Source: an uncultured bacterium | GTDB taxonomy: Bacteria > Zixibacteria > MSB-5A5 > GN15 > FEB-12 | Direction of reading: 5' to 3' | DNA length: 64,000 nt | NCBI GenBank assembly: GCA_965372795.1 | Contig: CBDVDR010000001.1 | Coordinates: 96,001-160,000, forward strand | Shown: positions 1-9,883 of the stretch, one piece after another | Numbering within the stretch: position 1 is the first letter of the stretch | Layout: each line of letters starts with the position of its first letter | Notes under the pieces: generated by a model | Seen by the model: the letters and a program-made list of their open reading frames with translations, nothing else | What the model was told of the DNA's origin: nothing | Databases searched by the model: none | Position numbers and translations under genes: made by a program

Positions 1-2145
1 ATATTCGATTATCCAGGCGGAGTCACTCAACATTGAATCCGGTTTTATCTGTAAGGTAGGCGTTTTTTCAAGATATACAACATGGCTCAAATCTTCATAA
101 CCATTGATAACCTGATCGACAAGTTTATCAATATCAGACATGACTATAACACTATCTGCTAAAAATACCCTGTCAATTGCATTATCATTTTTTAGAACTT
201 TTGCCGGTCCAAAATCAACAATCTGCTGAACCGGTTTATCACCAAAATAACCAGGGTTGAAACCATCATTTGTTTGAAGTAAAAGATATTTGGCTCCAAC
301 AAGGTTCAAAAATCGAGGATTCCTCCGGTTTTTCTTCTGAGGACCGCCTAATAATTTGTCATACCAATTAAGCTGGTTGCCGTGATAACCCACAACCACA
401 TCTACCCCAAAAAACGGCAGCATATCTTCGGGGATAATTCCCATGTTCATGACCCGGTATTTCCCATCAATATTTTTAAAATAATCGGTTACCGGATTAC
501 CCGCAAAATACTGTTGAGGTTCAATTGTATCAATAAACCGGGAATCAAAACGCAACCCGTCCCAGACCACAACCAATGGTATTACTGCAAGTATCAACAT
601 TCCTGATTTCTTATTTGTGTACAGATATATACAACCGGCAACAATGGCTGTAAAAATAAATCCCATCCATGCCCCCGACACAATCGCCGGAAGATTCATA
701 TAACCGATATCCAGCTTTGTAACCCCTTGCTGAACTAACGTAGTCGAGGCGGTGCTATGAAAAATAGATGCCCACAGATTCAACATCCCTTTTCCGGCAA
801 CGGTAAACAGGAAGGCTAACAAAAACATGAAAGATGGAAAACCGAACAATAAATATTTGAATCTTTTATGAGAATCTGAAAATAGCTGTTCCCTTTTATC
901 TTTAATTGTCTGAATTGCAAACCCCGACAGCAAAGCCGTCGAGAAAAGGAACATAAACATTATCATTGAGGCTGCCCGAAGGGCACTCACCTTTGGTATT
1001 AAATAGAAAAAGATATAATAAATCGGCGTTGTTGCCGCCAGCGCATAGATCAGCGAAAAGAGCGCCAAGCCCCCGAAGAAATACCCTTCCCTCCTGCGGC
1101 TAAAGAAAAATCCGATCAATCCCAAAAATATTCCAATAACCGTTACCGATTCAGAATTATCCTTAAAAGCATTTTTTCCCCAGTAGTAAGTCTTGGTATT
1201 ATTGCTTCTTGTTCCGGAGAATTCATTTACCACCAACGAAAAGGCTTCCTCCTCATGTAACGACCATGAGGTTGACCATTCCCAACCCTGCTTGGTGTCG
1301 GTCCTTGGTGAGTAATTTGTCGTGTAATTATAACCCGGATAAAACTGTATCGCCGACAATGTCAACCCGATCACTACCGCATAAGCAGTCAATGCTCCCG
1401 GCTTAATCAGCGGTTTAATTGATTTTTTCTCTCTGAAAAGATTAACTAATTTCAGCAAAGCATAAAAACTAACCGCCCATAAAGTATAGTATGACATCTG
1501 AGCATGTGGTGAAAGAATTATTACCCCGATAACCATTCCTAATAGCGAAAAATAGAGTAACTTGTTACTTCGGGTAAAGCCTAATTCTAAAAACATTATC
1601 ACTAACGGAAACAGAGTAATAACATAAATCTTACCATCATGCCCCGGTGCAATCATCGAAACCAGTAATGGGGCAAACATATAAATTGTCGCACTTACTA
1701 ATGACGCAACTTTAGAAAGATTAAAACTCTTGGCGCAGAAATACATAAACACACCGGCAAGATAGATATGCCAGATCAGTGTCCAACCCTGTATCCGAAC
1801 GTAATCGGTATAATCGGTTGCCAGAAGTTTCATCATCGACAGCGGATAGAATATATCACCATGGAAGGCTTCGATATACGGCATCCCTCCAAAAATATAT
1901 GGCATCCACTGCGGGAATGATCCGCTATTCAAAAAATGCTCAACTAAAAACATTCTGAAAAACACTCCGGCTTGTATCTGATCCGACATCGCCAGCATCT
2001 TATCTGAAAAAACAAAATCACGAAACAAAAATAGCAAGGCTACCAGTATAACTGCAAAATATGCCGGTACAAACCATCGCTGTTGCTCAATATGAAATTC
2101 TGACTTGGGTTTGATTTGTCTTGTAACAGGTTTTTTCTTAGCCAA
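1..2145 (-). CDS. YfhO-family (GT-C-like) polytopic membrane protein, runs off left edge
   Basis: Missing from ORF track. TTG start at 2145 with GGAG RBS; N-terminal part translates MAKKKPV...FPQWMPYIFGGMPYIEAFHGDIFYP, a YfhO-type motif, followed by many hydrophobic segments. Confidence 0.75.
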   Translation of the reverse strand, partial: MAKKKPVTRQIKPKSEFHIEQQRWFVPAYFAVILVALLFLFRDFVFSDKMLAMSDQIQAGVFFRMFLVEHFLNSGSFPQWMPYIFGGMPYIEAFHGDIFYPLSMMKLLATDYTDYVRIQGWTLIWHIYLAGVFMYFCAKSFNLSKVASLVSATIYMFAPLLVSMIAPGHDGKIYVITLFPLVIMFLELGFTRSNKLLYFSLLGMVIGVIILSPHAQMSYYTLWAVSFYALLKLVNLFREKKSIKPLIKPGALTAYAVVIGLTLSAIQFYPGYNYTTNYSPRTDTKQGWEWSTSWSLHEEEAFSLVVNEFSGTRSNNTKTYYWGKNAFKDNSESVTVIGIFLGLIGFFFSRRREGYFFGGLALFSLIYALAATTPIYYIFFYLIPKVSALRAASMIMFMFLFSTALLSGFAIQTIKDKREQLFSDSHKRFKYLLFGFPSFMFLLAFLFTVAGKGMLNLWASIFHSTASTTLVQQGVTKLDIGYMNLPAIVSGAWMGFIFTAIVAGCIYLYTNKKSGMLILAVIPLVVVWDGLRFDSRFIDTIEPQQYFAGNPVTDYFKNIDGKYRVMNMGIIPEDMLPFFGVDVVVGYHGNQLNWYDKLLGGPQKKNRRNPRFLNLVGAKYLLLQTNDGFNPGYFGDKPVQQIVDFGPAKVLKNDNAIDRVFLADSVIVMSDIDKLVDQVINGYEDLSHVVYLEKTPTLQIKPDSMLSDSAWIIEY

Positions 2146-2158
2146 ACTATTCTCCAAT

Positions 2159-3103
2159 TTATTTTTTTACAAACAAAGCCATCGTTGCTGCAATCGACTC
2201 AATTACAATCGACCACAACCGCGCCATTATCGCAACCGCCGGAGCAATAGCCCCGACAAACGGCGTTAACAGCATCCCCATAATTATTTCCCTCGGTCCA
2301 AATCCTCCCGGTGCAAATAAAGCCAGATACCCCAGTTGATAGGCAGCATTAAAAATACCTATCGAGGCAAACAAGCCGACTTTTGAGTCCGGAATTACCG
2401 CCTGAAGAAACAACCAGAACGCTGCTCCGTACCCGACCCAGGCAATAGAATAACCTACAAATAACTTCAGAGCAACTTTTTTGTCCGGATTGAACTTTAC
2501 TTCAGGGCGTGAGAATTTTCTTAAAACAATATTCCCAAATGATAAAATCTTCTCAGGGAAAAATATTATCGCAAAACTTACCAATAACATAAATGCAAAA
2601 ATCAACATCGATGACTGGGGTCCAAAAATCGCAATCTGATCAATCAATATCTCGGTCTCAAACTGTGCCATCAGAATGTATATCAAAAACGAGGCTGGCA
2701 GAGCATACAACTGTGCCAGGACAAACGAAGCGGTTGCATCCTCAGGCGGAATCCCCTCTTTTTTGGCAAGATACAAAATCCCGAACAATTGCCATACTTT
2801 TCCCGGAATATACCGGCCTAAATTAGAGATGTAAAATATCCGAAACGATTTTGCCGGGCTGACCTGATGCCCCAAACTGAATATTATCCAGCGCCAGATT
2901 AACGAAAACAAAACCAGCGTCACCAATCCGGTAACAATCGACAGAACCAGATAGAGATAATCCAACTGCCAGTTGAAATCTTTTATATCTGCCCAATGTT
3001 TTTCAATTTGAAAAAATAGGAAATAAAGGACAACGACCGTCAACAGAATTTTGATAGCGTTGCCAAGATATTTATTTAAGCCTGATCGGGAAGTTTGAGT
3101 CAT
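2159..3103 (-). CDS. Lysylphosphatidylglycerol synthase TM / flippase-like protein (UPF0104)
   Basis: SNLGRYIPGKVW and APGGFGPRE motifs, multiple TM helices. Confidence 0.8.
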   Translation of the reverse strand: MTQTSRSGLNKYLGNAIKILLTVVVLYFLFFQIEKHWADIKDFNWQLDYLYLVLSIVTGLVTLVLFSLIWRWIIFSLGHQVSPAKSFRIFYISNLGRYIPGKVWQLFGILYLAKKEGIPPEDATASFVLAQLYALPASFLIYILMAQFETEILIDQIAIFGPQSSMLIFAFMLLVSFAIIFFPEKILSFGNIVLRKFSRPEVKFNPDKKVALKLFVGYSIAWVGYGAAFWLFLQAVIPDSKVGLFASIGIFNAAYQLGYLALFAPGGFGPREIIMGMLLTPFVGAIAPAVAIMARLWSIVIESIAATMALFVKK

Positions 3104-3113
3104 GCTCTTTTAT

Positions 3114-4073
3114 TTATTTATCAGATTTATTTAATTCTTCAAGAAGCGCCTGTACTCTCCGACGCATAAAGCTCAACTCTTCTTTGACGGAAGCCTGCCC
3201 CTCGGAGATAAAACCCATCATGAAAAGACCAAGACCGATTCCAAACAGTAAAATCACCAGATACAAAAGCGGGAGTTGAGTTTCTCCGGCATAGTATTTC
3301 AGAAAGACTGCCCAGATCCCGACCAAAACTCCGAAGATCATAAATATTGAACCAAGAGCGCCGAAAAACAGAAGCGGTTTTTTCAAAAAGGTTATCTGAA
3401 ATTTCACCGCAATCATATCAAGAACCCCCACCGGAATCCGCCAGAATGAAAATTTTGTTTCGCCCCAAGCCCGTTCATACAACGGAATCTTGACCTCGTC
3501 GACTCGGAATCCTTCGGTTGCGGCCAGAACGACCAGATACCGATGCCAGTCGCGGCGCATGAAAATATGTTTGATGACTTCTTTGCGGAAAGCTTTGACC
3601 GAATTCAGATCGTGAACCTGGAGATTAAAAATCTTCCGCGACACCCAATTGTAGATAGTCGAAACGAACCGTTTTTCATATTTCCCCTGTTTCCAGCCGG
3701 TACTTAAATCGGCACCGTCAAAGATTGGGCTGACTAAAGCCGGGATATCTTCGGGGATATATTGCAAATCTGCAGGATAAAAGACATAAATTTCACCGCT
3801 CGCGATTGAGAATCCGGTCTGCAAGGATTCGGTTAGACCTCGATTGCGCTGATGGCTTTTATATTTGATAAAACTGTATTTTTGGGCATTTTCTTTGATT
3901 TTTTCAAGGGTCTTATCGGTTGAACCATCGTCAATAAGCACTAATTCTGACTTGAATGGAGCTTTTTGCTGCATTTCGTCGAACTGACGACAGAGTTCAT
4001 CGATATTGCCTTCTTCGTTGAGGGCTGGAATAACCGTTGATACGATACAGTTTTTGATCTCTTCTGGGCTCAA
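3114..4073 (-). CDS. GT2 polyprenol-phosphate glycosyltransferase (DPM1/ArnC-like)
   Basis: VIPALNEE, IDDGSTD, ADLQY, two C-terminal TM helices. Confidence 0.88.
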   Translation of the reverse strand: MSPEEIKNCIVSTVIPALNEEGNIDELCRQFDEMQQKAPFKSELVLIDDGSTDKTLEKIKENAQKYSFIKYKSHQRNRGLTESLQTGFSIASGEIYVFYPADLQYIPEDIPALVSPIFDGADLSTGWKQGKYEKRFVSTIYNWVSRKIFNLQVHDLNSVKAFRKEVIKHIFMRRDWHRYLVVLAATEGFRVDEVKIPLYERAWGETKFSFWRIPVGVLDMIAVKFQITFLKKPLLFFGALGSIFMIFGVLVGIWAVFLKYYAGETQLPLLYLVILLFGIGLGLFMMGFISEGQASVKEELSFMRRRVQALLEELNKSDK

Positions 4074-4222
4074 TATATATCCTTCAATCTCTGCTAATTA
4101 TAAATGTCTATTCAAATAGTCGACTGTATAATGCTATTTAATTACTCAAAACTCAACTTCTTTTTTTATACAGGATTAATGAAGATTTGCCCGGAAAACA
4201 GAGAATTATTTAGATTTAATAA

Positions 4223-5089
4223 TTATTGATAATAATTGAATATTTCATAATTGAAGGCTGCTTCGGTATCAATTCGAAGTGAGATCAGATCAACTTCATC
4301 AATACACATCTCTCCAATATAATAATCAGTCTCTTTTTCAGATTCATAAGCTTCAAAGAAACTGGCTCCAATATACTTGGCAAGTAGATCAGCAATAGCA
4401 ATCACTCGTCCTAAGCTTTTTGAAGGTTCTTTTTTATAAGGTTTTGATGAATGATGGACTGATATTTGTGAAATCAGGTTTGAAGGAAATTGCCATTTTG
4501 TTAATAGCGCATGTCCAACATTGACATGATTAAAGCCCAGCTCTTGACCTTCAACTTCCATAAATGGTAATTTGGTTTCTTTAACCTTTTCTATAATTTT
4601 GAGATAAGTGTTTGGTGCGGTTTGCAAAAGCACCAGTTTACCTATGTCATGCAATAAACCGCAAAGATAAGCTTCTTCTTTATCTAAGATTCCAAATTTT
4701 TGTACAATTATTCTTGATCCAAGGGCTGCGGCAAGTGAGTGTTCCCATAGTTTTTTTGCGATCTTGGCGTGTGTAGATGATTTAAATAAATTATAGGTCG
4801 AAGCACTGACGATAATTGATTTGACCTGATCAAATCCAATAATTCTTATAGCTTCAGATATTGAAGAAATTCGGTTTACCTGTCCATACATCGGAGAATT
4901 AGATAAACTAATTACTTTTAATGCCAGGGATTGGTCGGCTAAAATTTGTTTTGATATATCATTGATATTCGATTGTAGATCGGATGTCATTTTTAATGCT
5001 TTACTCAAAATCTCAGGTGCTGCGGGTAAATCTCCAAGTTGCTCAATGATTTTATCAACTGTTTCTAAATCAGTATCAGGAACAATCAT
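4223..5089 (-). CDS. HDOD domain signalling protein
   Basis: DLPAAP, DQSLALKVISLSNSPMYG, LWEHS, GLLHDIGKL. Confidence 0.9.
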   Translation of the reverse strand: MIVPDTDLETVDKIIEQLGDLPAAPEILSKALKMTSDLQSNINDISKQILADQSLALKVISLSNSPMYGQVNRISSISEAIRIIGFDQVKSIIVSASTYNLFKSSTHAKIAKKLWEHSLAAALGSRIIVQKFGILDKEEAYLCGLLHDIGKLVLLQTAPNTYLKIIEKVKETKLPFMEVEGQELGFNHVNVGHALLTKWQFPSNLISQISVHHSSKPYKKEPSKSLGRVIAIADLLAKYIGASFFEAYESEKETDYYIGEMCIDEVDLISLRIDTEAAFNYEIFNYYQ

Positions 5090-5321
5090 AAATCCAACTT
5101 ATTAAAACGTTGATCATTTTGCTCTATCCTAATGTGCCCTGTGTACATATTATATTTCGGTAAATGTTGAGAAACCTTAATTATTTTTTCTGTATATTTC
5201 GTGTTTATTTTGTCGTAAGTTATTCCGTTAATTTCATGTACAACGAAAACAGGGCAGATTTAGTGTGACTTTCTCTGGCGCACATGTTGTGTGTTTTATA
5301 ATCAAGTACATTTAGTTTTTC

Positions 5322-5419
5322 GTAGGTCGGGTTCTGACCGAAGGGAAAAATCCGACATCTGAATTTAAATTGAATGTCGGGTTTCTCAATGCTTGAAGCA
5401 TCATCGGAACCCGACCTAC
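5322..5419. repeat. Inverted pair of GTAG-type REP palindromes (REPIN-like doublet)
   Basis: GTAGGTCGGGTT...CCGACA, spacer, TGTCGGGTT...AACCCGACCTAC. Confidence 0.75.
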
Positions 5420-5514
5420 TATTTTTTTCATCGTTATCTATAAAACCTTAAAAATTCGTTGTAACCTTATCGGCAATTTACTTTTACAACGATTTGGCTT
5501 CGTTTCTTCACTTT

Positions 5515-5568
5515 TACATACTTCGTATACTTCGCACACTTTGTATATTTTACATACTTCGTATGTTT
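5515..5568. repeat. Degenerate 9-bp tandem repeat, 6 units
   Basis: tacatactt cgtatactt cgcacactt tgtatattt tacatactt cgtatgttt. Confidence 0.75.
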
Positions 5569-5623
5569 TAAGTTTCCTATATCGTAAGGCATGGTTTTTG
5601 AGTTCTTTCAATCTTAATTCTTT

Positions 5624-5652
5624 GTAGGGCAGGATCCCTGCGATCCTGCCAA
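5624..5652 (+). repeat. REP family 1 (GTAGGGCAGGATCCCTGYGATCCTGCCAA)
   Basis: Near-identical copies at 16153-16181 and 54706-54734; variants at 11830-11874 and 58449-58478. Confidence 0.85.
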
Positions 5653-5875
5653 TTATCAAATGGGTTCGCACACTTCGTGTGATTTTCTCTGGCGCATTAT
5701 TATTACTTTCCTTTGAATTTTCTAAATGGGTTCGTTTTGTTACTTTTATATTTAAAATACTTTCAAGCATGGTTTTTCTTCTTTCGTGCTGTCAGGTGAC
5801 TCTGCCTGACAGCATTGTCACTTTGGTAGGCGTCGAGCCCGCCCAGGCGGACTGACCCCACTTTACCTCGTGTGT

Positions 5876-5967
5876 TTTTGTAATCGTGATTATGGACATA
5901 ACTTCCCGTCCCTCCTTTTATAAAGGGTATCGAAACCTCATTCACCATTGAAAAGCTGGGGAAATTG
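5876..5967 (-). mobile_element. 5' end of dispersed element, copy A (homologous to 54745-54836 and 57618-57660)
   Basis: Clear alignment by eye, including GGAGG RBS and ATGTCC start in copies A and B. Confidence 0.6.
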
Positions 5968-6086
5968 GGAGTGTGGCAGGATAGATTCTCTGGCCTATAT
6001 GGACTATCCTAACAATTCTTTGTTGTTTAACATACTAGAATATCATATTATTAACACAGGGTTTAACCATACATGGGAAAATTTTA

Positions 6087-7796
6087 ATGATTGAATGGCT
6101 AATATATTTCTTACCAGCACTAGCAGGCGTATTAGTAGTAATGAATAATTTGCTTTCAAAACCAGAACCTGGGAAGAAATTGCAGTGGTATATGAACTTG
6201 ATAGTAGTATCAACTTTATGTCTTGTTACAATTCTTATTTTTATTGAAGATAAGCCAGAACTTATCACTAAAGAAAATTTTAACGAAGCTATGTGTGAAT
6301 GGGAAGATTACAAAGCACAACTTAAGATGTCATCATTGGGTGATGAAAAAACTCAAGAAGAAAAAAATGATTTAAGAGTCGAGGCAGATTGTCTATCATT
6401 GCAGGCAACAACAGCGTTTGATTCAGGTTTGGTCGCATTAGGTCGAGAAGAATACAATTCGGCAATTAAACATTTGCAATATGCACTGAGTGAGGCACAA
6501 AACACATTACCATTAGATACGCAAAAAATTATTGAAATCTATTTTTATATTAGTTTGAGTTATGATGACAATGAGGAATATACTACTTCTTTAAAATATA
6601 TTAAATTGGCGTTAAATCTAGAGTATAATAATTATACTCTTTGGAATAATCAAGGTGTTGTCTTTGGGCATTTGGATATGTATGCAGAAGCTATTGAAAG
6701 TTATGATAGTGCTTTAGTTTATAAACATGATAATTCTGTTATATGGTGTAATCGTGGAAATACATTAGAAAAATTGCAAATGTACGAGGAAGCAATTGCC
6801 AGTTATGACAGTGCTTTAGTTTATAAACCTGATAATTATCTTGTTTGGAATAATCGTGGGATTGCATTTAGGAATCAAAAAAAGCATAAAGAAGCCGTTG
6901 CAAATTATGATGGTGCTTTGACTCATAAGCATGATTTTATAGATGCTTGGGATAATCGCGGGATTGCATTACATGAACTTCAAATGTATAAAGAGGCTGT
7001 CGCCAGTTATGATAGTGCTTTGGTTTATAAACATGAACATTATATGTCTTGGAATAATCGTGGGGTTGCATTACATGAACTTCTGATGTATGAAGCTGCT
7101 GTTGCCAGTTATGACAGTGCTTTGGTTTTTAAGAATGATTATTTTGATGCTTGGTGTAATCGCGGAATTGCATTCTTTGAGCTGAAAATGTATAAAGAAG
7201 CTATTGCCAGTTATGACAGTGCTATAGTATATAAACATGATTATTTTGATGCTTGGTATAATCGGGGAAATGCCTTCGTTGAACTGAGAATGCATAAAGA
7301 AGCTATTGCCAGTTATGACAGTACTTTGGTTTATAAACATGATCATATTGGAGCATGGTATAATCGAGGACATTCTTTAAATGTACTAGAGTTTTATCAA
7401 GAAGCAATTGCCAGTTATGACAGTGCTTTAGTTTATAAACATAATTATATTGAAGCTTGGAATAATCGTGGGATTAATTTAGATGAACTGAAACAATATG
7501 AAGAAGCTATTGCCAGTTATGACAGTGCTTTGGTTTATAAACATGACTTTTTTAATGCCTGGCATAATCGAGGGAATTCATTTGGTGAGCTGAAAAAGTA
7601 TGAAGATGCAATTGCCAGTTATGATAGTGCTTTGGTTTATAAACATGATAATTTCAAGTCTTGGTTTAATCGCGGCGTTGTTTTCTATTATATTAATATG
7701 ATTCCTGAAGCAATTAAAAGTTTGGATAGTTGTTTAGTTTATAATCCGAATGATATAGAGGCCTTAAATTTGAGAGATAAACTTCTTAATAGATGA
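6087..7796 (+). CDS. Membrane-anchored TPR protein with 11 near-identical tandem TPRs
   Basis: Two N-terminal hydrophobic helices; 34-aa repeat W.NRG.......Y.EAIASYDSALVYKHD. Confidence 0.9.
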   Translation: MIEWLIYFLPALAGVLVVMNNLLSKPEPGKKLQWYMNLIVVSTLCLVTILIFIEDKPELITKENFNEAMCEWEDYKAQLKMSSLGDEKTQEEKNDLRVEADCLSLQATTAFDSGLVALGREEYNSAIKHLQYALSEAQNTLPLDTQKIIEIYFYISLSYDDNEEYTTSLKYIKLALNLEYNNYTLWNNQGVVFGHLDMYAEAIESYDSALVYKHDNSVIWCNRGNTLEKLQMYEEAIASYDSALVYKPDNYLVWNNRGIAFRNQKKHKEAVANYDGALTHKHDFIDAWDNRGIALHELQMYKEAVASYDSALVYKHEHYMSWNNRGVALHELLMYEAAVASYDSALVFKNDYFDAWCNRGIAFFELKMYKEAIASYDSAIVYKHDYFDAWYNRGNAFVELRMHKEAIASYDSTLVYKHDHIGAWYNRGHSLNVLEFYQEAIASYDSALVYKHNYIEAWNNRGINLDELKQYEEAIASYDSALVYKHDFFNAWHNRGNSFGELKKYEDAIASYDSALVYKHDNFKSWFNRGVVFYYINMIPEAIKSLDSCLVYNPNDIEALNLRDKLLNR

Positions 7797-7824
7797 TTTA
7801 TAACATTGTACCCTGGAGTAGTTA

Positions 7825-8484
7825 ATGGCTGCTAAAATAATTCCTTCACTTACAGGAGAATATAATAAAGCACGGCGACAGTTACTGCTCTGGAGTAGTA
7901 TTCTGTTTGCATGGGAATTAGTTGGAATTGATTTATCGAAAGTTGAAACTTCTGATAATTTCGGATCAATTATCTCAGCAATCAAAACTCCTCAAGCTGT
8001 TCCATGGGTAATTGTAATACTGGTAATTTATTTTGTATATCGTTTTGTAATAGAATGGTTACATTGCGACGAATCAAAAAGAACGCAATCCGTTTCTAAA
8101 ACGGATATGGGTGTATCAATTTCAATTGCATCTTTGTCAATTCTTCTATTTGTTTATCAACTTACTACAAATTCTAATGTTGCCTCTGAAATAAATCTTA
8201 GTGACGTTTTATTTATGAGACTAACTAATGGAATATTAATATTTAGTATTGCTAACATGTTAAGTGGTAAATTCCTCGGATTGATACTTCTTAAAATTGG
8301 GATTGTTAAAAATTATAATACATCTATAAATATTCATTATATATTTCTAATTCTAATATTTATACTATTAACTAGGTTGCAATTAGAAAAAATACCTTTA
8401 GGTTTTACATTTATAGCTATAATTGGATTACTAAGCTTTTATGTTTTGAAATTTATAAAAAAATTCTTAGTCTTAACAAAGTAA
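7825..8484 (+). CDS. Hypothetical multi-pass membrane protein
   Basis: 219-aa ORF with GGAG RBS and ~6 hydrophobic segments, 28 bp after the TPR gene. Confidence 0.7.
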   Translation: MAAKIIPSLTGEYNKARRQLLLWSSILFAWELVGIDLSKVETSDNFGSIISAIKTPQAVPWVIVILVIYFVYRFVIEWLHCDESKRTQSVSKTDMGVSISIASLSILLFVYQLTTNSNVASEINLSDVLFMRLTNGILIFSIANMLSGKFLGLILLKIGIVKNYNTSINIHYIFLILIFILLTRLQLEKIPLGFTFIAIIGLLSFYVLKFIKKFLVLTK

Positions 8485-8537
8485 ATAAGTTAGATAATAG
8501 CATGGAGTGGTAGTTCTCATACTAGAGCACACACCCC

Positions 8538-9872
8538 TTACCCCACTTCCAGCAAACTGTCCCAGCGGGTGGTGTAGTTGGGAGTACGGCTCGCAGATCG
8601 CATCTTCCAGTTCTTCCTCAACCCTTGCGTCGCATAGATAAGCGTGCCCGATCCCATCTTATCATTGATATCATCAAGGGTCTCCATCAACGCCTGCGAT
8701 TTTTTACTTCGCGGTTTACTAAACAGATCCGCCTGTACCTTGTCCGCCGGCACCAGTTCGGTAAACAGCACACCCGCCTTTTTGTATTTGTAACCTTTGC
8801 GGTAAATTTTTGCAAGACACCGTCCGGCATATTTTATCAGCACCGAAGTATCGTTGGTTGCGACCGGAAGTTTTATCGAGACCGATTTGTTATACTGGGG
8901 AGCATCGGTTTTATACGAATTAGTCAGGATATAAACGCTGAGATATTTGGCGGCAAGTTTTTCCGACCGAAGTTTTTGGGCGGCAATAGATATAAAACTC
9001 GCTACGGCTTCGCGTAGTTCCTCAATCGACTCAACCTCGCGCCCGAACGACCGCGACGAGGTGGTGCTTTTGCGCGGTTGCGGGCAATGGTCAAGCTCCA
9101 TACATGACACCCCGTTTAGCTCCTTGACCAGTCGCACGCCGTTCACCCCCATCTCATTGCGGACGACCTTTTCATCGGCGTTGCGCAACTGGAGAGCGTT
9201 GTTGATCCGGCGCATCTTCAGTTTTTTTTTGCTCTGATGTCCGACACCCCAAATATCACCCACTTCGATATTTTCAAGCGCCTGTTCAAGGTAGGGCGAG
9301 TCGACCAGATCGAGCACGCCTCCGGCCCGGGGCGATTTTTTCGCCAGACGGTTCGCGGCTTTGGCAAGAACTTTGGTGCGAGCGATGCCGACCGAGACCG
9401 GAATACCGGTCCATTTCTGAACGGTGTCCTTTATCAGCCGACCATATTTCTCAAGGGTGGTGCGTCCGTAGATTGCCCGGTTGGATTCGACTTTTTGAAG
9501 CTGTTCAAACTGGTTCAGCCGATCACAACCGAATAAATTCATGAAGGCTTCATCAATAGAATAAATCTCGACCTCGGGTGAAAACATCCGAAGAGTATCA
9601 AACACCCGGCGTGACATATCGCCGTACAAAGTATAGTTGGATGAAAAAACATGGACGTTATTTTTTTCGATAATGTTTTTTGCCTTAAATACCGGCACCG
9701 CCATTTCGATTCCCAGCGCTTTAGCCTCGTTGGAACGCGCCACGATTACCCCGTCGTTGTTGGACAAGACCACAATCGGCTTGCCGTTCAGTTTGGGATT
9801 AAACAACCGTTCGCAGGAGGCGTAGAAATTATTGCAGTCCACCAGCGCGTATATTATATCGGTCCGTTCCAT
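8538..9872 (-). CDS. umuC: Y-family DNA polymerase V catalytic subunit
   Basis: ALVDCNNFYASCE, YSIDEAF, C-terminal WKMRS...TPNYTTRW; likely start ATG 9872 (track start 9914 overlaps umuD). Confidence 0.95.
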   Translation of the reverse strand: MERTDIIYALVDCNNFYASCERLFNPKLNGKPIVVLSNNDGVIVARSNEAKALGIEMAVPVFKAKNIIEKNNVHVFSSNYTLYGDMSRRVFDTLRMFSPEVEIYSIDEAFMNLFGCDRLNQFEQLQKVESNRAIYGRTTLEKYGRLIKDTVQKWTGIPVSVGIARTKVLAKAANRLAKKSPRAGGVLDLVDSPYLEQALENIEVGDIWGVGHQSKKKLKMRRINNALQLRNADEKVVRNEMGVNGVRLVKELNGVSCMELDHCPQPRKSTTSSRSFGREVESIEELREAVASFISIAAQKLRSEKLAAKYLSVYILTNSYKTDAPQYNKSVSIKLPVATNDTSVLIKYAGRCLAKIYRKGYKYKKAGVLFTELVPADKVQADLFSKPRSKKSQALMETLDDINDKMGSGTLIYATQGLRKNWKMRSASRTPNYTTRWDSLLEVG

Positions 9873-9883
9873 ACGTTTTGCTC

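Noticed and set aside
5438..5948. Track ORFs 5438-5770 and 5763-5948 (also 54291-54617, 54344-54580, 16061-16246) as genes
   Set aside because: They read through REPs and tandem repeats with no recognisable domain; treated as parts of repeat mosaics
6640..7770. TPR repeats as a diversity-generating retroelement target
   Set aside because: No reverse transcriptase or separate template repeat in the window, and differences are not confined to adenines
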